64,000 nt of DNA from Deltaproteobacteria bacterium (GTDB taxonomy: Bacteria > Myxococcota_A > Polyangia > JAAYKL01). The stretch covers positions 8,841 to 72,840 of the forward strand of contig JAFGQN010000096.1 in assembly GCA_016935665.1 (NCBI GenBank). The letters run 5' to 3'. The translations under genes and the position numbers were made by a program. This document shows positions 29,671 through 38,908 of this stretch, one piece after another (within the stretch, counting starts at the first letter, position 1; every line of letters starts with the position of its first letter). The notes below the pieces were generated by a model, which saw nothing but the letters and a program-made list of their open reading frames with translations, was not told where the DNA came from and ran no database searches.

Positions 29671-30162
29671 TTGTCACAACAAGTAAAGCTGAAAAGTGAA
29701 TTGAAGACACGTACAGGTGTACTTCGAACAGTATTTCAATGGGTTTGCGTTTTGAGTCTGACGCTGCTGTTTATGTTGTCAGCTCAGGCATGCCTGGATG
29801 AATCCCAAATGTGCGGAGATGAAATGGTTGTTTTGGACGACGGTTTCTGCGGGCCAAAGCAACAGGTTGAAACAACGGATACAGCGACGCACGATACGGC
29901 CACCTCTGATACTGGAACAGATACAGAAACAAGCACCGAGGGGGATGGTTTGCCCGAGGGGATGGATGCGGCCTGCAGCGAAACGATGCCGTGTACCGGC
30001 GAAGCAGATTTCTGCAACCAGGTTCCAGGCTCTCCGGAAGGCGTTTGCACAATTCAGGGGTGTACCATCGAGCCGGACGATTGTCCCCCCGGATACGTCT
30101 GTTTTGATTTGTCAGTAATCGTCCCGACCCTGCCTACTATTTGCCAACAGGATGAGTTGTGA
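29671..30162 (+). CDS. Cys-rich lipoprotein
   Basis: AGGAGG RBS before TTG 29671, lipobox SAQAC, T/D linker, then C..C..C..C..C..CPPGYVC cysteine cluster. Confidence 0.68.
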   Translation: MSQQVKLKSELKTRTGVLRTVFQWVCVLSLTLLFMLSAQACLDESQMCGDEMVVLDDGFCGPKQQVETTDTATHDTATSDTGTDTETSTEGDGLPEGMDAACSETMPCTGEADFCNQVPGSPEGVCTIQGCTIEPDDCPPGYVCFDLSVIVPTLPTICQQDEL

Positions 30163-30170
30163 GGTGAACA

Positions 30171-31664
30171 ATGAAAAATAGACAAAAAGAACTGGATGCG
30201 ATTAATTTTCACTGCTCTCAAAGCACCCCTACTGTGCAGCACAACATAATTCTTTTGCTTGTACTGGGGGGGACCATTGCGTTTGCAAGCCCTTCGGCGC
30301 TCGGCCAGGACATACAGAATGATTCGACTGAGGCGGAAGTTCCGGAGCCTGCAGCAGACACAAATGCGGAAGCTGTCTCGACGGATGCGGACACAACCGA
30401 AGGAGACACGACGGCAGCAGAGAACGAGTCGTTGAAACAGCAACTGAAAGAACAGCAGGATGCTATCGAACAGCTGCAGGACGCGCAAATAAATGCTGCC
30501 ATGGAAAGCGAGAAGAAGCTGAAGATATACGGATTTGTTGATGTTCGATGGTACAAGTTTATTCTGTTTGAAAAACCGAATATGTTGGAGGGAGTTGTCA
30601 ACCAACACAACACGTTTGTTGTAGGTCACTGGAATATGTTCATTGAAAAACATTTGACAGACACGTTTCGCGTACTGGGAGAGGTTCGGTTTCTGTTTCA
30701 GCCAATGGATGAAATTATCGATTATGGCGATCCCCTGGGGACGCAATTTAAACGATGGAACGTTCAAACCGGTGATCACCCGGATGGATACTATTTCAAT
30801 TGGGGCGGTATTTCCATTGAACAGGTATGGGTCGAGTATCATCCCAGCAACTACTTCGGTGTTAAAGTCGGCAAATTCTTCACCCCGTTCAGTTCGTGGA
30901 ATCTGGACCATGGCCCCACAGTGGTGGTGCCCATCCATCTGCCGTTTCTCATTACCGGAAAATTTATTCCGGTAGCTCAGACGGGCATTTATGCATATGG
31001 TCGCGCCTTTCCGAGTGGCTCAACATCTATCTCTTACGGTCTGACCCTTTCAAACGGAACGGGTCCGAGCGCCGAATTCCACGATTTGGATGACAAAAAG
31101 GCAATAGGCGCACATCTCGATTTTTCGTATAATGGACCGATAAAACTCGATGTGGGCACATACGTTTACATGGGAGATTACACGGATGTTGAGAATAACT
31201 TCGTTTCATATGTCCCCCTGGATGTGGAAGAAAAAGTCGTACTGGCGTACAAGGAAAAAGCGATTTCTGCAAAATTCAAGCTGGAGGTGGCCGATGTGAT
31301 GCTCCAGTCCGAATATGTAAGGGGGCTCGTCGAGTACAAGGATGACAAGCGGTTACATGCACTCGATCCAACAATGGATGAGTACTTCCCCGATTTCGTG
31401 CACCAGGCAATGTATGCCCTTCTTGCCTACCGACTGCCATTTGAAAGCGTGAACATTCGGCCGTTCGTAATGTATGAATATATGGAACCGGCAGTGTTCA
31501 ACAGCACACCAATGGGACATATCTATGAAGTTGGCATCAACTGGCGTATTAACGCCTACACCGCATTGAAGGTTGAGTTTTACCATGCCAATGCCAAAGA
31601 GACGAGCGGCGAAAATACCAGGGATTTTGAGGTCATTAATACCCAGCTGGCAGTGACATACTGA
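30171..31664 (+). CDS. Outer membrane porin (beta-barrel) with N-terminal acidic linker and coiled coil
   Basis: Signal peptide, coiled coil (LKQQLKEQQDAIEQLQ), LKIYGFVD, VKVGKFFTPF..WN..H, alternating strands, terminal LAVTY. Confidence 0.75.
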   Translation: MKNRQKELDAINFHCSQSTPTVQHNIILLLVLGGTIAFASPSALGQDIQNDSTEAEVPEPAADTNAEAVSTDADTTEGDTTAAENESLKQQLKEQQDAIEQLQDAQINAAMESEKKLKIYGFVDVRWYKFILFEKPNMLEGVVNQHNTFVVGHWNMFIEKHLTDTFRVLGEVRFLFQPMDEIIDYGDPLGTQFKRWNVQTGDHPDGYYFNWGGISIEQVWVEYHPSNYFGVKVGKFFTPFSSWNLDHGPTVVVPIHLPFLITGKFIPVAQTGIYAYGRAFPSGSTSISYGLTLSNGTGPSAEFHDLDDKKAIGAHLDFSYNGPIKLDVGTYVYMGDYTDVENNFVSYVPLDVEEKVVLAYKEKAISAKFKLEVADVMLQSEYVRGLVEYKDDKRLHALDPTMDEYFPDFVHQAMYALLAYRLPFESVNIRPFVMYEYMEPAVFNSTPMGHIYEVGINWRINAYTALKVEFYHANAKETSGENTRDFEVINTQLAVTY

Positions 31665-31680
31665 GAGAAGGGAAAATACA

Positions 31681-32136
31681 ATGCAAAAACAACAAAAAAC
31701 ATCAAGGGCTTTTCTTTTCCTTCTATTCATCGCAGGCACTTTGCAAAGTACTCCTTTGGAAGCAGAGTCGCTGGATGACATTCTCGTTTTCGTTAATCCC
31801 TCTAATTCCATTAGAAAGCTCAGTGTCGCCGAAGTGAGGCAGATTTTTTTAAAAGAGAAAACGAAGTGGTCCACAGGAAACAATATTCTTTGTATTCACC
31901 CACCGCAAAACGTGGGGCTACGAAATCAGTTCAGAAGCCAGGTACTGGATATGACCCAGGAGGAAGAGGATACATATTGGCAGGATAAAAAAATTCGAGA
32001 CAATCTATCCCCTCCTGTTTCGTTAGGGAATACGTACAGGGCTGTTTTTTCGTTAAGAGAGGGTATCAGCTATGGCTATCGAAAAGACGTCCCACGCTCC
32101 GCGGTAAAAATCGTTCTGGTAATTCCCGCGCATTGA
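31681..32136 (+). CDS. Small periplasmic binding protein (PstS/PBP2-like, porin-associated)
   Basis: VFVNPSN.I..LS..EVRQIFLKEKTKW..G, YW, V....GISY, VKIV pattern of the single-domain PBP2 family found after porins. Confidence 0.72.
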   Translation: MQKQQKTSRAFLFLLFIAGTLQSTPLEAESLDDILVFVNPSNSIRKLSVAEVRQIFLKEKTKWSTGNNILCIHPPQNVGLRNQFRSQVLDMTQEEEDTYWQDKKIRDNLSPPVSLGNTYRAVFSLREGISYGYRKDVPRSAVKIVLVIPAH

Positions 32137-32277
32137 GAGAAAATGCAGATTCCCGGGACATTTTGCGTTGACCAGGGGATGGCCAGTGATTTTCGCACTG
32201 TCACGAATGGAAAAGTGATGCTGGAAATCATCCTGAGCACCTGGAAGGTTGGGGCGATGTGGCGCAAAATACACGTC

Positions 32278-33444
32278 ATGCCACTTCAATATTTCATTTT
32301 CAAAAGACTTTCGCTGTTGATATTCGGCCTCGTGATTGCGGGGACGGCTGCGTGTTCCAAAGATGAACAGACCAAACATTTGGCCGACACCGCGTCGGAT
32401 GACCGCGCTGATTCGGAAACATCGACCGGGACAATTACACCGACGGGTATTCGGTGTGCCAATGGCTTTTCGTGTTTTGACGATACAGCTTCAGGGGTCG
32501 TTTGGGTGATGAAGGACGACGGGAATATTAATGGCCCCGCCTGCAAGGATGTGTGCGAGCAGGCGTTGAATCAAAACTGTTCGTTTTACGCGTGTGATGC
32601 AGGGCACAATGTGGAATTTAAAGATATTGACAGTTTTACGGGCATTGCCGCCGGCCTGGGGTTCACCTGTCGCGAAGGGGGATGCTGGTGGCCTGACGCG
32701 CCGGGGGAAGGAATGTATCTTGTATCCATTGAAACCGACGAAAACGGTGCGAAATCGTGTTTCTTTCCAACCGAAAACACCCTCAGTTGCAGCACCCATC
32801 CTGGGAATGCCAATTGTTTTGGTGAGCGGTATGCATCGGTGTGTCCCTGTGTGCCCAAAGCGCTGGATGAGGCCTGCGTTTGGGAGTGCGGGCCGCAGCA
32901 CACCACGCGCGCCGTATGGAAAACCAGCGGTACCAGCTGTGTAGAGCGTATCAATTACTGGCGCAAACGGGCCTGTGAAGAAGGTTGGGCGGAATGTCCG
33001 CCGACGGGATTGCCGCCCATGGTGGAGTGTGTGGCGTGTCATGCGTGCGCCAATTCGGAGGCCGAATGGGACAAGGACCACGGGGCCCACGATTCGTTTG
33101 GACGATGCGGCGAACATGTTCAGGGGGAGGGCGGTGGCGCCACATGCGCTGATGTAATTGATGCCTTTGTCAGTGAACGGGCGCCGGACGAGAATGGAGT
33201 GATGCGATGTACCGGCCATTGCGGTCCCATACTCGCCGCCGGTTGCCAGACTTTCTTTTGGGGAAAAGAAAGCGATTCCGGGTTTCATACCCTGAACTGG
33301 CGTTCGTGCGATGTGGAAAAATGTCAGAGCTACTGCGACGCCAATCCGGATGATTGTTTCACCCACGAAACCTCGCCATCAACAGATTGCGATTCTCCTG
33401 AAATGGGCGCGGAAGCCGGGCCGGTATTGCAGAACTGTCTGTAG
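32278..33444 (+). CDS. Very Cys-rich lipoprotein with CAP/SCP-like domain
   Basis: Lipobox GTAAC after MPLQYFIFKRLSLLIFGLV. About 33 Cys. CVERINYWR...CANSEAEWD...AHDSFGRCGE...GH resembles myxobacterial CAP-like proteins. The ORF track starts upstream at 32143. Confidence 0.6.
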   Translation: MPLQYFIFKRLSLLIFGLVIAGTAACSKDEQTKHLADTASDDRADSETSTGTITPTGIRCANGFSCFDDTASGVVWVMKDDGNINGPACKDVCEQALNQNCSFYACDAGHNVEFKDIDSFTGIAAGLGFTCREGGCWWPDAPGEGMYLVSIETDENGAKSCFFPTENTLSCSTHPGNANCFGERYASVCPCVPKALDEACVWECGPQHTTRAVWKTSGTSCVERINYWRKRACEEGWAECPPTGLPPMVECVACHACANSEAEWDKDHGAHDSFGRCGEHVQGEGGGATCADVIDAFVSERAPDENGVMRCTGHCGPILAAGCQTFFWGKESDSGFHTLNWRSCDVEKCQSYCDANPDDCFTHETSPSTDCDSPEMGAEAGPVLQNCL

Positions 33445-33487
33445 GATTCACTTTCAACATTCAGTTTTACCCACAGGATGTCTCCTC

Positions 33488-34144
33488 TTAGTTGAACGCC
33501 ACTCTAACCACTCCTCCAAAACTGACAAAGCCTTCCTTTTCCCACTTTTTTGAACCCGTGCACATCGTGGTGCCACGAGACGTAACGCAGGATTTTTGAG
33601 AAAGCCAGATTGTATACGTCACATCTGCGCCAATCCCCCAATGGCGATTTTTGAAGTTGTAATACAACGCGGCATGTCCACCAGGATACAGCCCGGTATT
33701 GACTGCCTTAGTGGTCACCCCCATGGTGGCGGCGTCCAGGTGCATCCGTCCAACGCCTATGGTGGGGCCCACAGACAATTGGATTCGGTCGAATGCGCCC
33801 AGTATGTCGAACCGAGGGGTGAAAAAGAAGACGGTAAATGTGCCGGATGCATCAACCGAGTCTACCTTTTCCAGGGCAATCGCGCCGTGTTGAAACGTGG
33901 TTTCCATCGACACAAATCGTCCCAGCTGCACGCCGAATGACAGGCGACCACTTGGCGCCATATTGTAGGCATCTGCGCCTTTTCCCGTATGTCGTCCCGT
34001 GTGCAGAGCGCCTGCGAGATACGGCCGCGTGTCAAAGGCGGGGACATTGGGGGCACAGAGCAATACCATTGCAACAATCAATGCCAAAAAACGCATGTCT
34101 TTCAACAGGGGAGATGCGGTCGACTGTTTTCTGCCGTTTTTCAT
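33488..34144 (-). CDS. Outer membrane beta-barrel protein (8-strand OmpA/OmpW-like)
   Basis: Signal peptide, Gly/aromatic amphipathic strands, terminal GVVRVAFN. Confidence 0.65.
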   Translation of the reverse strand: MKNGRKQSTASPLLKDMRFLALIVAMVLLCAPNVPAFDTRPYLAGALHTGRHTGKGADAYNMAPSGRLSFGVQLGRFVSMETTFQHGAIALEKVDSVDASGTFTVFFFTPRFDILGAFDRIQLSVGPTIGVGRMHLDAATMGVTTKAVNTGLYPGGHAALYYNFKNRHWGIGADVTYTIWLSQKSCVTSRGTTMCTGSKKWEKEGFVSFGGVVRVAFN

Positions 34145-34149
34145 TTGAT

Positions 34150-35184
34150 TTACCTTGGGTCGTTCAAATCACATATCACGGCGTTGTGGTCCACCCGCGC
34201 CACTTTCTGTGGATATTCAAAATCCGCGTCCAGCTCACTCGACTTTACGATAAAGCATTCGCCCCGCGCAAAGTTGGTAACCACGCGGTCCAGACTGCGT
34301 GCGCCATAGCGTTGTGTGGATGCGGGGCGGCACATGTCATCCAGGGGAGAATGATCCTCAAACCGGTGCACTCCGCCCATGTACGAATTCCAGATGGAGC
34401 TGGCCACTACGTCCGTTGTGCGCGCGGGGTCGAAGTTCCAGTCTCCCAGAAGAATGCTCGGTATATCGGCATTGGCCGCCAGTCTGAATGTCTGCTGCAC
34501 CTGAGCCTGCAGACAGCGCACACCGATAGCGGTGGGATGCGTATGAACGATTCGGATGGGCCCACGTGCCGTGTCCACGACCACATGAGATACTGTGGAT
34601 TCGTCATCGCATGTATCTTCGTCGCTTTTGCAGTCTCCATATTGGCACGGTGCCATAGGCAACGGCATGGTGCGTGCGCCATCCATTACAAATTCTCCAG
34701 GGGCCACGCCCCGAATTTTCCCAAACCGTTTATGAACTCCCACACATTCAATATGGTGCCGTTCATCACAGACAATTGAGTAATCCGGCCCCAGAATCCG
34801 GCGAGCGGCGGGCTGAGCTTCAGAGCAGGTGTTTTCCGGATTTTTCTCGGAAAATGCTGCACAGGCTTTTGGGGAGAGCACTTCCTGCAACGCAATTACG
34901 TCCGGCTCGAACTGGGCGATTTTTTTGGCGATATGTCTTTCGTACGCTATTTTTTTTATTCGCAGCGAATACCTGGCATCACTGGTATCGGAATTGCCAA
35001 TGTTGTAACTCATCACCGTCATGTTGGGGAGCGCGTCGTCGGGGATGTATCGGTCATCGCAATCTGGACTGGGCACACAGGCGACGCCAACAATCATCAG
35101 TGCACAAAAACAGGCGAGGGTGAACAGTGCGTTGGGACCAGTTGTTTTATGGCCTTTTTTTATGTGGCGTTGTGGGGTTGTCAT
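34150..35184 (-). CDS. Endonuclease/exonuclease/phosphatase (EEP) family lipoprotein
   Basis: Lipobox GVAC, VMSYNI, PDVIALQEV, HTH, LLGDWN, LDRV, VDHNAV. Confidence 0.82.
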   Translation of the reverse strand: MTTPQRHIKKGHKTTGPNALFTLACFCALMIVGVACVPSPDCDDRYIPDDALPNMTVMSYNIGNSDTSDARYSLRIKKIAYERHIAKKIAQFEPDVIALQEVLSPKACAAFSEKNPENTCSEAQPAARRILGPDYSIVCDERHHIECVGVHKRFGKIRGVAPGEFVMDGARTMPLPMAPCQYGDCKSDEDTCDDESTVSHVVVDTARGPIRIVHTHPTAIGVRCLQAQVQQTFRLAANADIPSILLGDWNFDPARTTDVVASSIWNSYMGGVHRFEDHSPLDDMCRPASTQRYGARSLDRVVTNFARGECFIVKSSELDADFEYPQKVARVDHNAVICDLNDPR

Positions 35185-35517
35185 ATGCAGACTCCTTATC
35201 CGAATGGGAACGTCCCACTCTGCCTAATCAACACATCCCCAAGGATGTTTGCAGCGGAGTTTCAGTGAACTGCAACCAGGTGTCGGTGAATCACGTATTA
35301 TTGCCGGTGGATGCGTCAGCATCATTTAACGACGACATCACCTGTCGAAGTCCCTGCTTCAACATTTGGAATTGCATTATTGGTACCAGAAGCGGGCCAT
35401 TGCTGTTTTCCCCGTTTTTCAAAATAGATGACAATTCCGGGTGATGACATTTCAAGTGAAAATGCTAAATATCAATAGTCCTTGAAATATCGTTGGAAAA
35501 GAAAAGTGGCGACGTCT

Positions 35518-36165
35518 TCAGTTGGCGGAATGGGGACGGCTGGTGTCACCGTGCTGGCGGGATGCTTCCAGAAGGATACCTTTTACGTCGCCCATAAAGC
35601 TTTTTGCATCGGCGTATTTGCGCAGGCCAAATGATGCATGGATTCCATCCTGAGTCCACATGCCAACCTCTCCAATAAATCCTTCGCCCTGGATGTCGGC
35701 GGTGCGTTCATAGGTAAAAAACAGATGCTCGCCATCGGCTCCCAGAATAAACACGTAGTAGCAATCCAGCGTATTCTGCGGCGAATCAAACGTCAGTAAT
35801 GCGGCGCCTGCAGGATTAACCACATCAACGGATATGCCTCTGGCAAACTCGGCAGAGACCACCTCGGTTGCGGTTTCCTTGAGCGCCTGAGTGTTGTGGT
35901 TGAGCAAATCCGTTAGAAAAGCGCCATCGGTCTGGAATGTCCAGTCGGGGAGCACCTGGTGCTGAAAAAGATAAATGCGTTTGTCCAGCGGCAACGCGGT
36001 GATGTCACCAACATCGCCATCATCCGCCACATTGGGCAATTCGGATTGTGTGGCCGTGGTGTCTGTCGGCGGTGTGGAAGCCACGACCTGTGAACTGGAC
36101 GATGCGCATGATGCCAACGCCAGCGGTACAGTTATTGATACAAAGATGCATGAAAGCCATTTCAT
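35518..36165 (-). CDS. Hypothetical lipoprotein
   Basis: AAAGGAG RBS before ATG 36165; MKWLSCIFVSITVPLALASC lipobox; S/T linker; globular domain (YLFQHQVLP, FTYER, GMWT..G.H..FG). Confidence 0.65.
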   Translation of the reverse strand: MKWLSCIFVSITVPLALASCASSSSQVVASTPPTDTTATQSELPNVADDGDVGDITALPLDKRIYLFQHQVLPDWTFQTDGAFLTDLLNHNTQALKETATEVVSAEFARGISVDVVNPAGAALLTFDSPQNTLDCYYVFILGADGEHLFFTYERTADIQGEGFIGEVGMWTQDGIHASFGLRKYADAKSFMGDVKGILLEASRQHGDTSRPHSAN

Positions 36166-36476
36166 TTGAAGGACTCCTTTCCTGTTCGCGTCGCAATTCC
36201 GTGAGCGACATCGGTCTGTGACGGGCGTGGGGGGATTTGGGGACAATGAATATGATGTCATTTTTTTAATCTCAGCTGAATATTGCAAAATACCTATAAT
36301 AAAGATTTGGTATATTTGGATTATTTCAAGTTTTCTGGATTTTTTTTGATGATTTCCAGCATTTGTTGGCGTCGCCTCCCAAAAGGGGCGCCCAAACCTT
36401 TCCCCTTGACTTTCGCCGATAAATCAGCGAAATGGTTTGCCGTTGCAGCAATACTGCTGACTTTTAAAACTAAAAT

Positions 36477-36634
36477 TGAACCTTCGTTTTGGGGAAGCCG
36501 GTGAGAATCCGGCGCGGTCGCGCCACTGTGAACCGGAGTTCGTTCCATAGGCCACTGATTCAATGGAATTGGGAAGGTGGGACGGAATACGACAATTGTC
36601 GAACCCGGAAGCCAGGATATCCATACATGGTTCA
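36477..36634 (+). ncRNA. Cobalamin riboswitch (B12 element)
   Basis: GGGAAGCCGGTGAGAATCCGGCGCGGTCGCGCCACTGTGA ... GCCACTG ... TGGGAAGG ... AAGCCAGGATATC (B12 box). Closing helix TGAACC/GGTTCA. Lies directly upstream of btuB. Confidence 0.93.
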
Positions 36635-36637
36635 TAT

Positions 36638-36670
36638 CATTAACCTTTTTTCCGATAAGGGTTAATGTTT
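36638..36670 (+). terminator. Candidate riboswitch expression-platform hairpin
   Basis: CATTAACC(T)...(G)GGTTAATG stem followed by TTT, between the aptamer and the btuB start. Confidence 0.45.
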
Positions 36671-36699
36671 GACACTGCTCTTCGCGCAAAAGGGTTGGG

Positions 36700-38862
36700 T
36701 TGAAAATGAACTTTCACTCCCTCTTACCGCGCTGTTGCGAGGGAGACCGGTTCCTCCAGCATCTCGGTTTTGTTATCTGTGCTCTCCTGGTTGTCTGTGG
36801 GCGGATAGCCGTGGCAGATGATACCGTCGAAGACGTGTCCTTGGACGATGAATCTGTGGACTGGGCGGCGTTCGATGACTTCGATGAGGGCAGTGCTGAT
36901 GAATTTGAAAGTGATATTCATGGGTTAACCGCTTCTCCCGTCGATGAAACCACTGCCGCTGCTGAATCGGTTGATGTCTCCAATGAACATAAAAAGTATA
37001 ATTCTGTAAGCGAAGTACTGGGGCAGCGTGTCGGGGTTCAGGTGCGCACCATGGGCGGACCGGGGACGTACAGTGTGGCGAGTATCCGGGGCGCTGATGC
37101 ACCGCAGGTGGCCATTTATCTGGACGGCATATTGCTGAATTCCGGTGGGTTTTCCTCTGTGGACCTGGGTGACCTTAGCCTGGATGGTCTGGAAAGAATC
37201 GATGTGTATCGCGGGACGACACCCGTCTCGCTGGGATTGGGCAGCATTGGCGGCGCCATTTCCCTGCAAAGCAGAAAAGCAGAGGGCACTTCCACGGAAC
37301 TGGTTGCAGGGGCAGGATCGTGGGGGGCCAAAAAGGCGACGGCGTTTCACCGGGCCACCCATGGAAAAGTGAACCTGCTGCTGATTTTGGGCGTGGCAGG
37401 CGCAAAGGGTGATTTCGAGTATCTCAACACCAAAGGCACGTGGCTGACTGACGATGACGACGAGGTGATGCGGCGCGAAAACAATGACTATGTTGGGGTG
37501 TCTGCGCTTACCAAACTGTCCACAAAGATTGGGCGCTCAAAAGTCACATTTTTTAATGACCTTTACGTAAAAGATCAGGGGGTTGCCAGCGGGGAAACCA
37601 TTCCAGGAGCAACGGCAACCCTTAAATCCCTCAGAGAACTGGCCGCTATCCAGGGGGAACGATTCTTCAACGAAAATCACGCGTTCCTTTGGTCGCTGAG
37701 TTACATGTTTCAGCAGAGTGTGTTTTACGATCCGGACAGTACGCTGGGCGTTGGCCATCAAAACCAGCGATTGCGCGCCAATACCGCGTCGGGATTTGGG
37801 GTTTGGCGGTACCTGGGGAAAAAATCAATTCAGTTTGATGTGCGGTTGGAAAGCAAGGTCGGAACATTTGTTGCGGAGGATTTTCTCTCGTCGGATGGAC
37901 CACAGCCGGGGGTGCGATATCAGCTGGGTTCAGGCCTGGAAATACGATGGTCACCGGTAAAGGGAGTGCATGTTGTTCCATCGGTCCGCTATTTGTATGA
38001 GCACACCAGCAGTGAACTTCCCCCGGCAATGGGGCAGCGGGATTCCCAAAGCATTTTGCGCAACGATCATTATGTCTTGCCTTCAGTGGGCGTTCGCTGG
38101 CAATTGTCCAGCCGGCATACGTTTTTAACCAATGTGGGCCGCTATGTCCGCACGCCGGATTTGTTTGAAATGTTTGGCGATCGCGGTTCAACCACTGGTA
38201 ATTCTGATTTGATTGCCGAGAAGGGATTCAATGCGGATGCCGGCATGAAGTATGATTTTGAGAGGGGCACCGGATTTTTTAAAACCGCGCGGGCCTACAT
38301 GGGGGTGTTTGGCAGCTGGAGCGATGACCTGATTGCTTACGTGCATAACTCCCAGGATACGGTGCGCGCCGCAAATATTTCTTCTGCCCGGACGCTGGGG
38401 TTGGAATTGTCACTGAATGTTTCTCTTTGGTCGTGGCTGATGCTGGAGGGCAATTATACGTACATGGAATCAATAAATCGGTCCAGGCGGCCGGAGTATT
38501 GGGAAAATCGTCTGCCAGGGCGACCCGCTCACGAGGCATACGCAAAGATTTCGCTAAGACATCAGCTTTCCCAATGGAAGGGCTCTCTGTGGGCAGATGG
38601 CGAGATTGTTGGTGACAATTTTACCGATGAAGCCAATTTGCATCACGATGTGCTGGGCAGAGCGTTGTTGGGCTCTGGATTGCAAATGGAGTACCTGCCT
38701 GCACGACTGACGTTAACATTCGAAATTAAAAACCTGCTCAATACCATTCAGGTTGAAGATGAAGATAAAGATAACGGCGTTCGCATGCGGTCGCTGAGGG
38801 ACTATAGCTCGTTTCCGCTACCGGGACGAACCATCTTCGCTACCCTTCACTGGAAGGTATGA
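36700..38862 (+). CDS. btuB: TonB-dependent corrinoid receptor
   Basis: Plug motifs (SIRG...QVAIYLDGI, LERIDVYRG, GSIGGAI), barrel (RTPDLFEMFG, GNSDLIAEKG, LPGRP), terminal LPGRTIFATL. Located downstream of the B12 riboswitch. Confidence 0.85.
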   Translation: MKMNFHSLLPRCCEGDRFLQHLGFVICALLVVCGRIAVADDTVEDVSLDDESVDWAAFDDFDEGSADEFESDIHGLTASPVDETTAAAESVDVSNEHKKYNSVSEVLGQRVGVQVRTMGGPGTYSVASIRGADAPQVAIYLDGILLNSGGFSSVDLGDLSLDGLERIDVYRGTTPVSLGLGSIGGAISLQSRKAEGTSTELVAGAGSWGAKKATAFHRATHGKVNLLLILGVAGAKGDFEYLNTKGTWLTDDDDEVMRRENNDYVGVSALTKLSTKIGRSKVTFFNDLYVKDQGVASGETIPGATATLKSLRELAAIQGERFFNENHAFLWSLSYMFQQSVFYDPDSTLGVGHQNQRLRANTASGFGVWRYLGKKSIQFDVRLESKVGTFVAEDFLSSDGPQPGVRYQLGSGLEIRWSPVKGVHVVPSVRYLYEHTSSELPPAMGQRDSQSILRNDHYVLPSVGVRWQLSSRHTFLTNVGRYVRTPDLFEMFGDRGSTTGNSDLIAEKGFNADAGMKYDFERGTGFFKTARAYMGVFGSWSDDLIAYVHNSQDTVRAANISSARTLGLELSLNVSLWSWLMLEGNYTYMESINRSRRPEYWENRLPGRPAHEAYAKISLRHQLSQWKGSLWADGEIVGDNFTDEANLHHDVLGRALLGSGLQMEYLPARLTLTFEIKNLLNTIQVEDEDKDNGVRMRSLRDYSSFPLPGRTIFATLHWKV

Positions 38863-38908
38863 GATGTCTTTAAACGAAACAGGAAAATCATTTGAAAGGA
38901 TATAAGAG

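Noticed and set aside
33838-34779. 313-aa plus-strand ORF
   Set aside because: It overlaps two well-supported minus-strand genes (beta-barrel, EEP) and has no motif support.
35185-35517. Small ORFs or an ncRNA in the intergenic gap
   Set aside because: Only short ORFs without a convincing RBS or motif, and no recognisable RNA family signature.
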